This document shows positions 28,835 through 36,416 of a DNA stretch of 47,425 bases, piece after piece. The stretch spans positions 1 to 47,425 of the IMG/VR virus record IMGVR_UViG_3300020414_001816; one strand, given 5' to 3'. The notes beneath the pieces were generated by a model that had not been told where the DNA came from, searched no databases, and was given only the letters and a program-made list of their open reading frames with translations. The DNA comes from a virus (taxonomy: Duplodnaviria > Caudoviricetes). Position numbers and translations under genes: made by a program. Position 1 is the stretch's first letter. Each line of letters opens with the position of its first letter.

Positions 28835-28994
28835 AAAAGAACTTAGGTTACTTGCTTTAGAAATGGCTTTAGAAGATTTAGATAAAATTATAGCCAATAT
28901 GAAAGAAAAAAATTATCCACCAGAACAGTTAAATGAATACGTAAAAAAACGTTGGAATACGTGGAACGAAATATATCAGGTGAAACAGCAATGA
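28821..28994 (+). CDS. Hypothetical helical protein (57 aa, not in ORF track)
   Basis: MDTNEKELRLLALE...YQVKQQ*; stop overlaps next ATG. Confidence 0.6.
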   Translation: MDTNEKELRLLALEMALEDLDKIIANMKEKNYPPEQLNEYVKKRWNTWNEIYQVKQQ

Positions 28995-29494
28995 AAAGAG
29001 ATTATGATAGCGGCGTAAACGAAGGTGTAAACTTTTTTGTAGGCACTGAAGTTGAGCATACTCCTCAATATGGTAAGAAAACATTGTTTGTAGTAGGCTT
29101 ACAAAACTTTGAAGATATTATTGAATATGCAGAAAAGCAAAACTTACAGCACATTTATATTGGTGCAAATATGAGTTATGAACCAGATGAAGCATATGAT
29201 GGTATGATCTTTCCACTGTTAAAAGAAGGATATTGGGTAACATTAGACTTTGATATCAAAGATGTAGAGTATGTATTAGAGTCAGGTTATACAGAATACA
29301 ATAGATTTATTCCAATGATTAGTGCAAAACTACCTTACATTAGTCAACTTGGATACAATGCTTGTTTAAAAATAGATGACAAAGATTTTGATGCTACAAA
29401 CCCAGGTGTATGGGTGCATCGAATGCACGACCTAAAAGAGAAGGCTGTGTTTACTGATTGGTCTAAATACACTACAGACGAAATCATTGGTTGA
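28991..29494 (+). CDS. Hypothetical protein of the deazaguanine locus
   Basis: Start MKRDY; GTEVEHTP...TLFVVG, HIYIGAN, KIDD..F...NPGVW. Confidence 0.75.
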   Translation: MKRDYDSGVNEGVNFFVGTEVEHTPQYGKKTLFVVGLQNFEDIIEYAEKQNLQHIYIGANMSYEPDEAYDGMIFPLLKEGYWVTLDFDIKDVEYVLESGYTEYNRFIPMISAKLPYISQLGYNACLKIDDKDFDATNPGVWVHRMHDLKEKAVFTDWSKYTTDEIIG

Positions 29495-29519
29495 CAATAT
29501 GAGCCAAGAACGTTATTAT
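29491..29519 (+). promoter_or_regulatory. Possible sigma70-type promoter
   Basis: TTGACA-N17-TATTAT; would imply a later start (ATG 29526 or TTG 29559) for the QueD-like gene. Confidence 0.5.
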
Positions 29520-29972
29520 GAATATATGTTAAGGCGCTTTAGAGAGGAAAATGCAAAATTGAATAAAACATTAGAAATTGCAAAACGTAGTATATGGGTT
29601 ACATTTCGTAAAGAAGGTATTCACTTATATCCAGCGGCAAAAGACGATCCAGCATTAGCAACAGGTGACTGGGATGACGTAAGTTTTTTAGGTGTTGCAC
29701 ATAGGCATATCTTTCATTTCAAAGTGCAAATTGAAGTTACGCACAATGATAGAGATATTGAATTTATTCAGTTTAAACGTTGGCTCGAAAGTTTGTATGA
29801 CGATAAGACCATCGAACTGAACCACAAGTCTTGCGAAATGATTGCTGACGACTTGTACACGCAAATTAACAACAAATATCCAGGCCGGTTTGTTGTTATT
29901 GATGTTGCCGAAGATGGCGAAAACGGCTGTTCAATCATTTATCCTAACTTAGAAGCAAAAAAGGATTACTAA
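29499..29972 (+). CDS. QueD-like T-fold protein with LxxxHRHxF motif (DpdL-like); start uncertain
   Basis: EGIH, LGVAHRHIF, DIEF, SCEMIA, EDGENG. Confidence 0.8.
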   Translation: MSQERYYEYMLRRFREENAKLNKTLEIAKRSIWVTFRKEGIHLYPAAKDDPALATGDWDDVSFLGVAHRHIFHFKVQIEVTHNDRDIEFIQFKRWLESLYDDKTIELNHKSCEMIADDLYTQINNKYPGRFVVIDVAEDGENGCSIIYPNLEAKKDY

Positions 29973-29976
29973 GGAA

Positions 29977-30165
29977 ATGACTATCAAAAATCCTGTCGTT
30001 AACAAAATTTTTAACGACCTTGAAGAACTGCACGACTTTTGTCGTACAGAAGGCTATCCATTTAACCAAGCTGATCTTTACAAAAAAGATGCTCGTGTTT
30101 GGCAAGCCTTTACCAAATATAAAAACTGGATCCGAGCAAAGAATCGGAATAAAGGACGAAATTAA
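29977..30165 (+). CDS. Hypothetical protein
   Basis: AAGGA SD; IFNDLE...FCR..G..FN.ADLY. Confidence 0.7.
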   Translation: MTIKNPVVNKIFNDLEELHDFCRTEGYPFNQADLYKKDARVWQAFTKYKNWIRAKNRNKGRN

Positions 30166-31328
30166 TGAGAAAACTGTTTTATATGGGCTTAGAGCCTTAT
30201 GAAGGCAGGTACACATTACAGTTAGAAGAGTGGTCACGAAGAGCGTTTTTAAGACGTGACATCGACTGGGTAAGTGTGCCTGGTACTACTATTGATAACA
30301 CAAAAGCAATTCAAGTCGGTCAGGTGTTAGATGCACACGGCCGTTCTTATTTTGCAATGTCGCAAATGATGAATCTAGTGCAAATGATGCGTAATGGTGA
30401 AGTTACAGGAGAAGATGTTGTATTCTTTGAAGATATGTTTCAACCAGGTATGGAATCGTTACCTTACATTATGGATCAGATTCCAGCAGAGCAACGTCCA
30501 CAAGTTTGGATACGTTGTTTAGCACAGGCAGTTGATCCAGATGACTTTGTACACGTTTGGGGTATGGGCAAGTGGATGAGTTTGTATGAAGAAATGTGTA
30601 ACGAGTTTGTTACTGGTGTACTAGCAAGTAATGAAGAAATGGTTGCACATATGAAGATTGCAAACTGGAAAGCACCTATTTACAATATTAGTGGACTTGC
30701 ATTTGATAAAACAGAAGTCCAACTTAGAGTAGGAGAAATAAAGCCTTGGGATGAACGTGAGAACCGTGTAGTTTTTGCGGCACGTTTTGATCAGGAAAAG
30801 CAACCAGACTTTTTTATGGATATTGCCGAACAACTTAATGACAAAGATATTGAATTTGCTATTTTACAAGGTGGCCCATTAAGAAGTAACAATATAAAAT
30901 ACATTGACAGAGCTAGAGCTCTTGAAAAAGCAGGTTGCATAAAAATTTATGAAAACTTAAAAAAGAATGATTACTATCATATCGTAAATCATAGTAAAGT
31001 TTTGTTTAATTGTGCATTGCAAGACTGGACAAGTAACACAGTAAGTGAAGCAGATGCATTAGGCTGTAATGTACTGTTTCCTGCTTATAGAAGTTTTCCT
31101 GAGATATTTGCAAATGATCACACTAGAATGTATGTACCTTGGAGTACAGAAGATGCAGTGAACAAACTACAACCATTACTAGATTCTCCACACAAAGACT
31201 TAGGTGCAATTAGTAATTGGACTAGTGCAACTATTGATCGTTACATTGATATTATGCAAGGTAATGGTGAACAATGGCGAAGAGATAGCAATCGTTATAG
31301 AGATCACGTAGCGGAGACAAAGTATTGA
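30165..31328 (+). CDS. Glycosyltransferase, GT-B fold (GT4-like)
   Basis: FAARFDQEKQP, K..Y.......KV.FN.A.QD......EA..LGC...P....FPE. Confidence 0.82.
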   Translation: MRKLFYMGLEPYEGRYTLQLEEWSRRAFLRRDIDWVSVPGTTIDNTKAIQVGQVLDAHGRSYFAMSQMMNLVQMMRNGEVTGEDVVFFEDMFQPGMESLPYIMDQIPAEQRPQVWIRCLAQAVDPDDFVHVWGMGKWMSLYEEMCNEFVTGVLASNEEMVAHMKIANWKAPIYNISGLAFDKTEVQLRVGEIKPWDERENRVVFAARFDQEKQPDFFMDIAEQLNDKDIEFAILQGGPLRSNNIKYIDRARALEKAGCIKIYENLKKNDYYHIVNHSKVLFNCALQDWTSNTVSEADALGCNVLFPAYRSFPEIFANDHTRMYVPWSTEDAVNKLQPLLDSPHKDLGAISNWTSATIDRYIDIMQGNGEQWRRDSNRYRDHVAETKY

Positions 31329-32200
31329 AAGTTTTAGTTACAGGTGCAACAGGATACATAGGAAGCCACGTTTGTAAATTATTAAAGGAACGTGGACACG
31401 TTGTAGTTGGCTGGGATATCAACATTCACGGTGAACACAATGATGTATCTGCATACTGTGACGAATTTTATAATGTTGATGTTACTGGACAATATGTAGG
31501 CGGTGTTTATGATGCTATTGTACATTTAGCAGGACGTAGTGTTGTACCTGATAGTATGAAGGAGCCAAGTGAATACTATAGAGTTAATGTAATGGGTACA
31601 TTAAACCTTTTAAATAAAACAACTTGTCCACACATATTATTTGCTAGTACAAGTAGTGCTTGGGAAATGGCATCACCGTATGCAAAAAGTAAGGTAGCGG
31701 CAGAAGATGTGATAAAGGAGAAAGCAGATGGATACACAATTTTTAGATTTTTTAACGTATCTGGTACTGACGGGCATAATCGTCAATTGGGCGTTCCTAC
31801 CCATCTTATTCGTGTTGCTGCTATGGTGGCTGCTGAGAAACTACCCGACCTTAAGATCTTTGGTGTGGACTATGCTACTAGGGATGGTACTTGTATTCGT
31901 GATTATATTCACATTGTTGACTTGGCTAGTGCCATTGTCAATGCCGTTGAACGAGGACCTGCAAACACCGACTACGAATGTCTTGGTTCAAACGTAGGAT
32001 ATAGTGTACGTGAAGTAATCAGTACTATGGAGAAAGTAACTGGTAAAAAAATAATTACAGTAGAAGCACCACGCAGAGAAGGCGATGCTGTTAGCAGTGT
32101 AGTTGATAATTTAAGTGATCTAGTAACATTAGAAAAAACAATTGAAGATATGTGTATAGATCAATACAAATTGGAAAGGAGCAAAAATGCACTCGAGTGA
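31325..32200 (+). CDS. galE: UDP-glucose 4-epimerase
   Basis: GATGYIG, HLAG, YAKSK (YxxxK), FRFFNV, DGTCIRDYIH, RREGD. Confidence 0.92.
   Translation: MKVLVTGATGYIGSHVCKLLKERGHVVVGWDINIHGEHNDVSAYCDEFYNVDVTGQYVGGVYDAIVHLAGRSVVPDSMKEPSEYYRVNVMGTLNLLNKTTCPHILFASTSSAWEMASPYAKSKVAAEDVIKEKADGYTIFRFFNVSGTDGHNRQLGVPTHLIRVAAMVAAEKLPDLKIFGVDYATRDGTCIRDYIHIVDLASAIVNAVERGPANTDYECLGSNVGYSVREVISTMEKVTGKKIITVEAPRREGDAVSSVVDNLSDLVTLEKTIEDMCIDQYKLERSKNALE
31728..31997 (+). CDS. Candidate overprinted membrane protein inside galE
   Basis: AAGGAG 7 nt before ATG; 89 codons open in +1 frame; two hydrophobic segments. Confidence 0.3.
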   Translation: MDTQFLDFLTYLVLTGIIVNWAFLPILFVLLLWWLLRNYPTLRSLVWTMLLGMVLVFVIIFTLLTWLVPLSMPLNEDLQTPTTNVLVQT

Positions 32201-32462
32201 ACTAAAAGGAACCGATAACTTATATTATTGGGTTTTACGTGCCATTGAATATTTAGATGATGGTGAATTTTTAGAAGGTATTATGTGGTTTGAGGAAGAA
32301 GCAAAACACATTTTGGATAACATTCAAGAATGGCCTGAAAATCCTCAATTACTTGAAGATTGTAGAGATGCACGTGAGATGATTCAAAACGAAGATTGGC
32401 CAGGTGTGCTAGAAGCAATCGAAAATCTTAGAGGACATATGGAAAATATGGGTTACCTATAA
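32187..32462 (+). CDS. Hypothetical protein
   Basis: AAGGAG SD; coupled. Confidence 0.7.
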   Translation: MHSSELKGTDNLYYWVLRAIEYLDDGEFLEGIMWFEEEAKHILDNIQEWPENPQLLEDCRDAREMIQNEDWPGVLEAIENLRGHMENMGYL

Positions 32463-32797
32463 TGCGAGATCATACAGGTGATACAGTAACAATTACATTA
32501 AGCGATAATGACGAATCTGGAATGTATGTTATTAATACAGACTCAATGGATAGTAGTACAATCTCAGTAGATACTACTGCATTTGACGATTTAATTAGTA
32601 TGGATGATCAAGTTTATACATTAACTGGACTTGATCCTGTAGAGTTTGAAGACCATATGCCAAGCGTTTCCAAAGTAGAAGATATGTGTAATGAATATTC
32701 TGCATTACAAAAAGCATATGAAAATTTTAAAAGCATATATCATATGGTGCATCAGGATTATATTGGTAACAGAAAAGATAATGAGGCACCATTTTAA
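32462..32797 (+). CDS. Hypothetical acidic protein
   Basis: TAATG coupling; MC.EY.AL.KAYE.F..IY motif. Confidence 0.7.
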   Translation: MRDHTGDTVTITLSDNDESGMYVINTDSMDSSTISVDTTAFDDLISMDDQVYTLTGLDPVEFEDHMPSVSKVEDMCNEYSALQKAYENFKSIYHMVHQDYIGNRKDNEAPF

Positions 32798-33018
32798 TGA
32801 AACATAGTATAGAACAGTGGATTGATAGAATAAATTCAATGAAGGATTTATGCATACAAGCACATAGAATAAGAAATGAATTTTCGGAAATTAGTAACAA
32901 ACAATACGATGCTTCACAATGTAGACATCTTCTAGAACAAGTCCAATCTATGGCTGCTGGTATTGCAAATGAAAAAATAACTGAAATTAAAACAGAGATG
33001 GACGAATGGAAAAAATAA
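32797..33018 (+). CDS. Hypothetical protein
   Basis: TAATG coupling. Confidence 0.65.
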   Translation: MKHSIEQWIDRINSMKDLCIQAHRIRNEFSEISNKQYDASQCRHLLEQVQSMAAGIANEKITEIKTEMDEWKK

Positions 33019-33563
33019 AAAGAAAATATTACACTTGGGAAGATGTACAAAAGTGTGCTCATAAACTAGCACTATCAATGTATAACAGTAGATTTCGTCC
33101 TGACTATATTGTAGGTCTTAATAGAGGCGGATTACCTCTAAGTGTTATGCTTAGTCATTTACTCGATTGTAACCATTATACCCTAGATGTTAGATTGCGT
33201 GACAGCAAAGAAAGTCCTGAAAGCAATCTATGGATGGCAGAACAAGCATTTGGATATCTTGAAACAAAAGACAGATCGGATACTTGGAGTCAAGGACGTA
33301 GCCAACCTAAGATGCGCAAAAACATTCTTATTGTAGATGATATCAATGATACTGGTGCTACGTTTGAATGGATTATGAAAGATTGGCAAGCAGGTTGTTT
33401 ACCTGATAGTCCAGCGTGGGAAGATGTATGGCGTGAAAATGTGCGTTTTGCTGTAATGTGTGAAAAGACACATACAGATTTTGATGGTGTAGATTATGTG
33501 TGGGAAGAAATTGACACCAGCGAAGAAGATACTTGGATAGTGTTTCCTTGGGAATATGATTAA
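33006..33563 (+). CDS. Purine phosphoribosyltransferase (Gpt-like)
   Basis: GLNRGG, ILIVDDINDTGAT PRPP motif, WIVFPWE. Confidence 0.9.
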   Translation: MEKIKRKYYTWEDVQKCAHKLALSMYNSRFRPDYIVGLNRGGLPLSVMLSHLLDCNHYTLDVRLRDSKESPESNLWMAEQAFGYLETKDRSDTWSQGRSQPKMRKNILIVDDINDTGATFEWIMKDWQAGCLPDSPAWEDVWRENVRFAVMCEKTHTDFDGVDYVWEEIDTSEEDTWIVFPWEYD

Positions 33564-33569
33564 TAAATA
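33564..33569 (+). promoter_or_regulatory. TAAATA late-promoter-like box
   Basis: Intergenic, before AAGGAG and ATG 33588. Confidence 0.45.
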
Positions 33570-33587
33570 TTTTAATAAGGAGATAAT

Positions 33588-33719
33588 ATGAGCTGTGGAT
33601 GCGGAAGAAGTCCAACTGGCAGATGTGTAGGTTGGCATAATTTAACTGAGGAGCAATACCTCGAAAAAAAAGCTCAATATGAAGAGAGACAGAGACTTAA
33701 GAAGGAGAAAAGTGAATGA
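33588..33719 (+). CDS. CDGSH-like mini protein (43 aa, not in ORF track)
   Basis: AAGGAG SD; MSCGCGRSPTGRCVGWH (3 Cys + His). Confidence 0.7.
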   Translation: MSCGCGRSPTGRCVGWHNLTEEQYLEKKAQYEERQRLKKEKSE

Positions 33720-33922
33720 GTATGAGTGAACAATTGGCCAAAGCTGCAAGAATGCACGCCGAAGGTGAGCTTGAAAGAGCTAAAACGAATATTATGGTAT
33801 ATATGAATCAAAGTGTTGGCATAGGCGAACACGCAGATATTGTAGAAGCAATACAAAATGAATTAGACACTATGGCGGCAGCCAGTGATAGAATTGAAAT
33901 GATTGAAAAATATTTTAGTTAA
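33716..33922 (+). CDS. Hypothetical protein
   Basis: AAGGAG SD; VGIGEH.DI motif. Confidence 0.75.
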   Translation: MSMSEQLAKAARMHAEGELERAKTNIMVYMNQSVGIGEHADIVEAIQNELDTMAAASDRIEMIEKYFS

Positions 33923-33925
33923 TTG

Positions 33926-33954
33926 TTGACAAAAGATCTAAATAGTGTTACTAT
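33926..33954 (+). promoter_or_regulatory. Sigma70-type promoter of folE with embedded TAAATA
   Basis: TTGACA-N17-TACTAT, TGn extension, TAAATA at 33939-33944. Confidence 0.75.
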
Positions 33955-33959
33955 AAACA

Positions 33960-33990
33960 ATAGACATCCTCGTCTATAACTCGGAGAATT
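33960..33990 (+). promoter_or_regulatory. Candidate structured 5' leader of folE (hairpin/pseudoknot)
   Basis: ATAGAC-ATCCTC-GTCTAT stem-loop; loop TCC complementary to SD GGA. Confidence 0.45.
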
Positions 33991-33992
33991 AA

Positions 33993-34700
33993 ATGACAGA
34001 AGAAGTAAAAGTCAGTCAAGTTGTACGTGAAAGACTTAAAAAAAATAACGTGCGTTTTTTTGCAAATGATAATATTAGTGAACACATAAGCGAGTGGGAA
34101 CTTGAAGAGATCAAGAACGAACTTGCTTATAAGTTTGAAGATGTTTTACAAACATTAATTATCGATACTGAGAACGATCCTAACAGTATTGACACTGGTA
34201 GACGTATGGCAAAAATGTATGTCAACGAAATTATGTCTGGTCGATATGATCCAATGCCAGCACCTAATGCTTTTCCTAATTATGTAAATGAAGGTGAAGG
34301 TTATGAAGGTATGTTGGTTGTGCGAAGTGAGCTTACAAGTTTGTGTTCACATCATCACCAAACTGTTAAAGGTGTAGCATACATTGGTATTATTGCTGGT
34401 CCTAAGTTACTAGGGTTGAGTAAATACACACGTATTGCACAGTGGTGTGCTATGCGTGGAACACTACAAGAAGAACTAAATGTAATGATTGCTGATGAAA
34501 TTCAGAAACATACAGGCAGTGAAAATGTTGGTGTTTATGTACAAGCCACACACGGTTGTTGTGAAAATAGAGGCATCAAAGCACACAGTAGTTTAACACA
34601 AACTACAGTGTTACGTGGTGCGTTTAAAAATGATCCAGCAACTAAAAAAGAGTTTATCGATAATGTTAAACTACAACAGCAATTTGCACAGGGGTCATAA
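33993..34700 (+). CDS. folE: GTP cyclohydrolase I
   Basis: SLCSHH, GLSKYTR, LQEEL, HGCCENRG. Confidence 0.95.
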   Translation: MTEEVKVSQVVRERLKKNNVRFFANDNISEHISEWELEEIKNELAYKFEDVLQTLIIDTENDPNSIDTGRRMAKMYVNEIMSGRYDPMPAPNAFPNYVNEGEGYEGMLVVRSELTSLCSHHHQTVKGVAYIGIIAGPKLLGLSKYTRIAQWCAMRGTLQEELNVMIADEIQKHTGSENVGVYVQATHGCCENRGIKAHSSLTQTTVLRGAFKNDPATKKEFIDNVKLQQQFAQGS

Positions 34701-34864
34701 TGTCAGAACCAGTAGATGTAAGTAAAAAACACTTTTACATAAGTTTAGTAAAAAGTGCTGTGCGTATAGCAGGATGTGCTGTATGCTTGTATACCGGTAG
34801 TGTTGTTTGGTTAGCAAGTGGTTTTCTTGTTGCTGAACTACTTGGCATTGCAGAGGAATTGTAA
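34700..34864 (+). CDS. Small membrane protein (54 aa, not in ORF track)
   Basis: MSEPVDVSKKHFYISLVKSAVRI...AELLGIAEEL*; TAATG coupling at both ends. Confidence 0.75.
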   Translation: MSEPVDVSKKHFYISLVKSAVRIAGCAVCLYTGSVVWLASGFLVAELLGIAEEL

Positions 34865-35760
34865 TGCAGTTACGTTATAGCGAAGCTTTTTATTCAGTTC
34901 AAGGCGAAGGTAAATTTGTAGGAGTACCTAGTGTATTCCTACGCACCTTCGGTTGTAACTTTCGCTGTATGAATTTTGGTGTTAACAAAAGCGTTGGCAA
35001 TCGTTGGGAACAACACAAGCGTGGTGAACGTTACAATGCAGAAGTAAAACAACTTCTTGCAGACAAAGTACACGAAACTACAAAAGAGTTTAATGATTTG
35101 CCTATTGTACACACAGGTTGTGATACATATGCAAGTATCTATCCAGAGTTCAAGCATTTCAATATGCTTAAAAGCGTAGACGAAGTTGTAGAACATTTGC
35201 TTAGTCTTTTGCCAGAAGGTAAATGGACTATGGATAATGGTCAGGATGTACACTTAATACTTACTGGCGGCGAACCTTTGTTGGCGTGGCAACGATTGTA
35301 CGTAGAATTATTTGAACATCCACGTATGAAGGATTTGAAGAATGTCACAATTGAAACCAACACTACACAAAATTTACACAATGACTTCTACAACTATCTC
35401 AGCGGTCACGAAAGAATTCAGCTCACTTTTAGCTGCTCTCCAAAACTATCCGTATCGGGCGAGTCTTGGGATGATGCTATTAAGCCTGATGTTGCTCGTC
35501 AGTATTCCGGTGTTGATGGTGCTAATATGTATTTTAAGTTTGTTGTTGCTGATCAAGACGATGTTGATGAAGTTGCTAGAGCAGTTGATTCATATCGCGA
35601 AGCGGGCGTGGACGTCCCTGTATATCTTATGCCGCTTGGGGGTAGGTCGGAAGAATACACTCTCAACGTACAAGAGGTGGCGGACCTCTGTATGGAACGA
35701 GGGTGGAGGTTCTCGCCTAGACTCCACATCAGCTTATTCGGAAATGCCTGGGGAACTTAA
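34864..35760 (+). CDS. queE: 7-carboxy-7-deazaguanine synthase (radical SAM)
   Basis: FYSVQGEG...G.PSVFLRTFGCNFRC...CDT, LTGGEP, IETN, SPKL, RLH. Confidence 0.92.
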   Translation: MQLRYSEAFYSVQGEGKFVGVPSVFLRTFGCNFRCMNFGVNKSVGNRWEQHKRGERYNAEVKQLLADKVHETTKEFNDLPIVHTGCDTYASIYPEFKHFNMLKSVDEVVEHLLSLLPEGKWTMDNGQDVHLILTGGEPLLAWQRLYVELFEHPRMKDLKNVTIETNTTQNLHNDFYNYLSGHERIQLTFSCSPKLSVSGESWDDAIKPDVARQYSGVDGANMYFKFVVADQDDVDEVARAVDSYREAGVDVPVYLMPLGGRSEEYTLNVQEVADLCMERGWRFSPRLHISLFGNAWGT

Positions 35761-35833
35761 AAAAAATATTGACAGTGTTCCTAACGGTATTAGAAGCGAT
35801 GAGGAATACGAAAAAATAAGGAAATTGATATGA
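35342..35833 (+). CDS. Candidate overprinted gene in queE 3' half (or only a 29-aa ORF from 35744)
   Basis: 163 codons open in +1 frame, AAGGA SD, stop overlaps next ATG. Confidence 0.4.
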   Translation: MSQLKPTLHKIYTMTSTTISAVTKEFSSLLAALQNYPYRASLGMMLLSLMLLVSIPVLMVLICILSLLLLIKTMLMKLLEQLIHIAKRAWTSLYILCRLGVGRKNTLSTYKRWRTSVWNEGGGSRLDSTSAYSEMPGELKKNIDSVPNGIRSDEEYEKIRKLI

Positions 35834-36012
35834 AAGATCCAAAAGTAACCGAAATGGTAAAAGACCTTAACACAATGGTTAAAGAAATAAACAAACTTAA
35901 TGTAAAATTATATAAACAAGGCGTGTCTTACAGAATGGAAGAATCATATGATGAAGATTTAGGCGCTAAACAAGTAACAGTTAATTATCTTAAACAGACA
36001 GTGGAGTACTAA
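35830..36012 (+). CDS. Hypothetical protein
   Basis: AAGGA SD, coupled. Confidence 0.65.
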   Translation: MKDPKVTEMVKDLNTMVKEINKLNVKLYKQGVSYRMEESYDEDLGAKQVTVNYLKQTVEY

Positions 36013-36416
36013 TGAAACAATGGCTTAAAAAAGTAACTGGCATTGAAGCAGAAGAAAAACGTCTTAAAGATGAGGCGGCTGCTTTAGAAGCTAAAGAAAT
36101 GGAACAATTGAAAGTTCGAGATCCTAAAGCATATGCTACAAAAAAGAAAGAACCTTGGGTAAATGTACTTGATGTAAAGGTTAATCAGGATAATGTACGA
36201 AATGGGTTTTTTGAGTTAGATTGGAACAAATACTTTATAGAACAACTTATTGGTGCAGGCTATGGCGAAAAAGGCGATCCTGAAGAACAGATTGTTGACA
36301 GATGGTTCAAGGATATTGTATACAATATGTTTATTGAAGAAGGTATGGACACAGATAGAGGTGCAGGTTATATTAATGTTGTGCCTATCGATCAAGGAAA
36401 AAGTGAAGTTTCGTAA
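36012..36416 (+). CDS. Hypothetical phage protein
   Basis: GGAG SD; EPWV...GFFELDWN...GY motif. Confidence 0.8.
   Translation: MKQWLKKVTGIEAEEKRLKDEAAALEAKEMEQLKVRDPKAYATKKKEPWVNVLDVKVNQDNVRNGFFELDWNKYFIEQLIGAGYGEKGDPEEQIVDRWFKDIVYNMFIEEGMDTDRGAGYINVVPIDQGKSEVS

Noticed and set aside
33960-33992. Known THF-II (folE) or canonical preQ1 riboswitch
   Set aside because: Leader is too short for THF-II and lacks the preQ1-I loop length and A-rich tail; kept only as a novel candidate
35769-35797. TTGACA after queE
   Set aside because: No -10 element at 16-18 nt spacing
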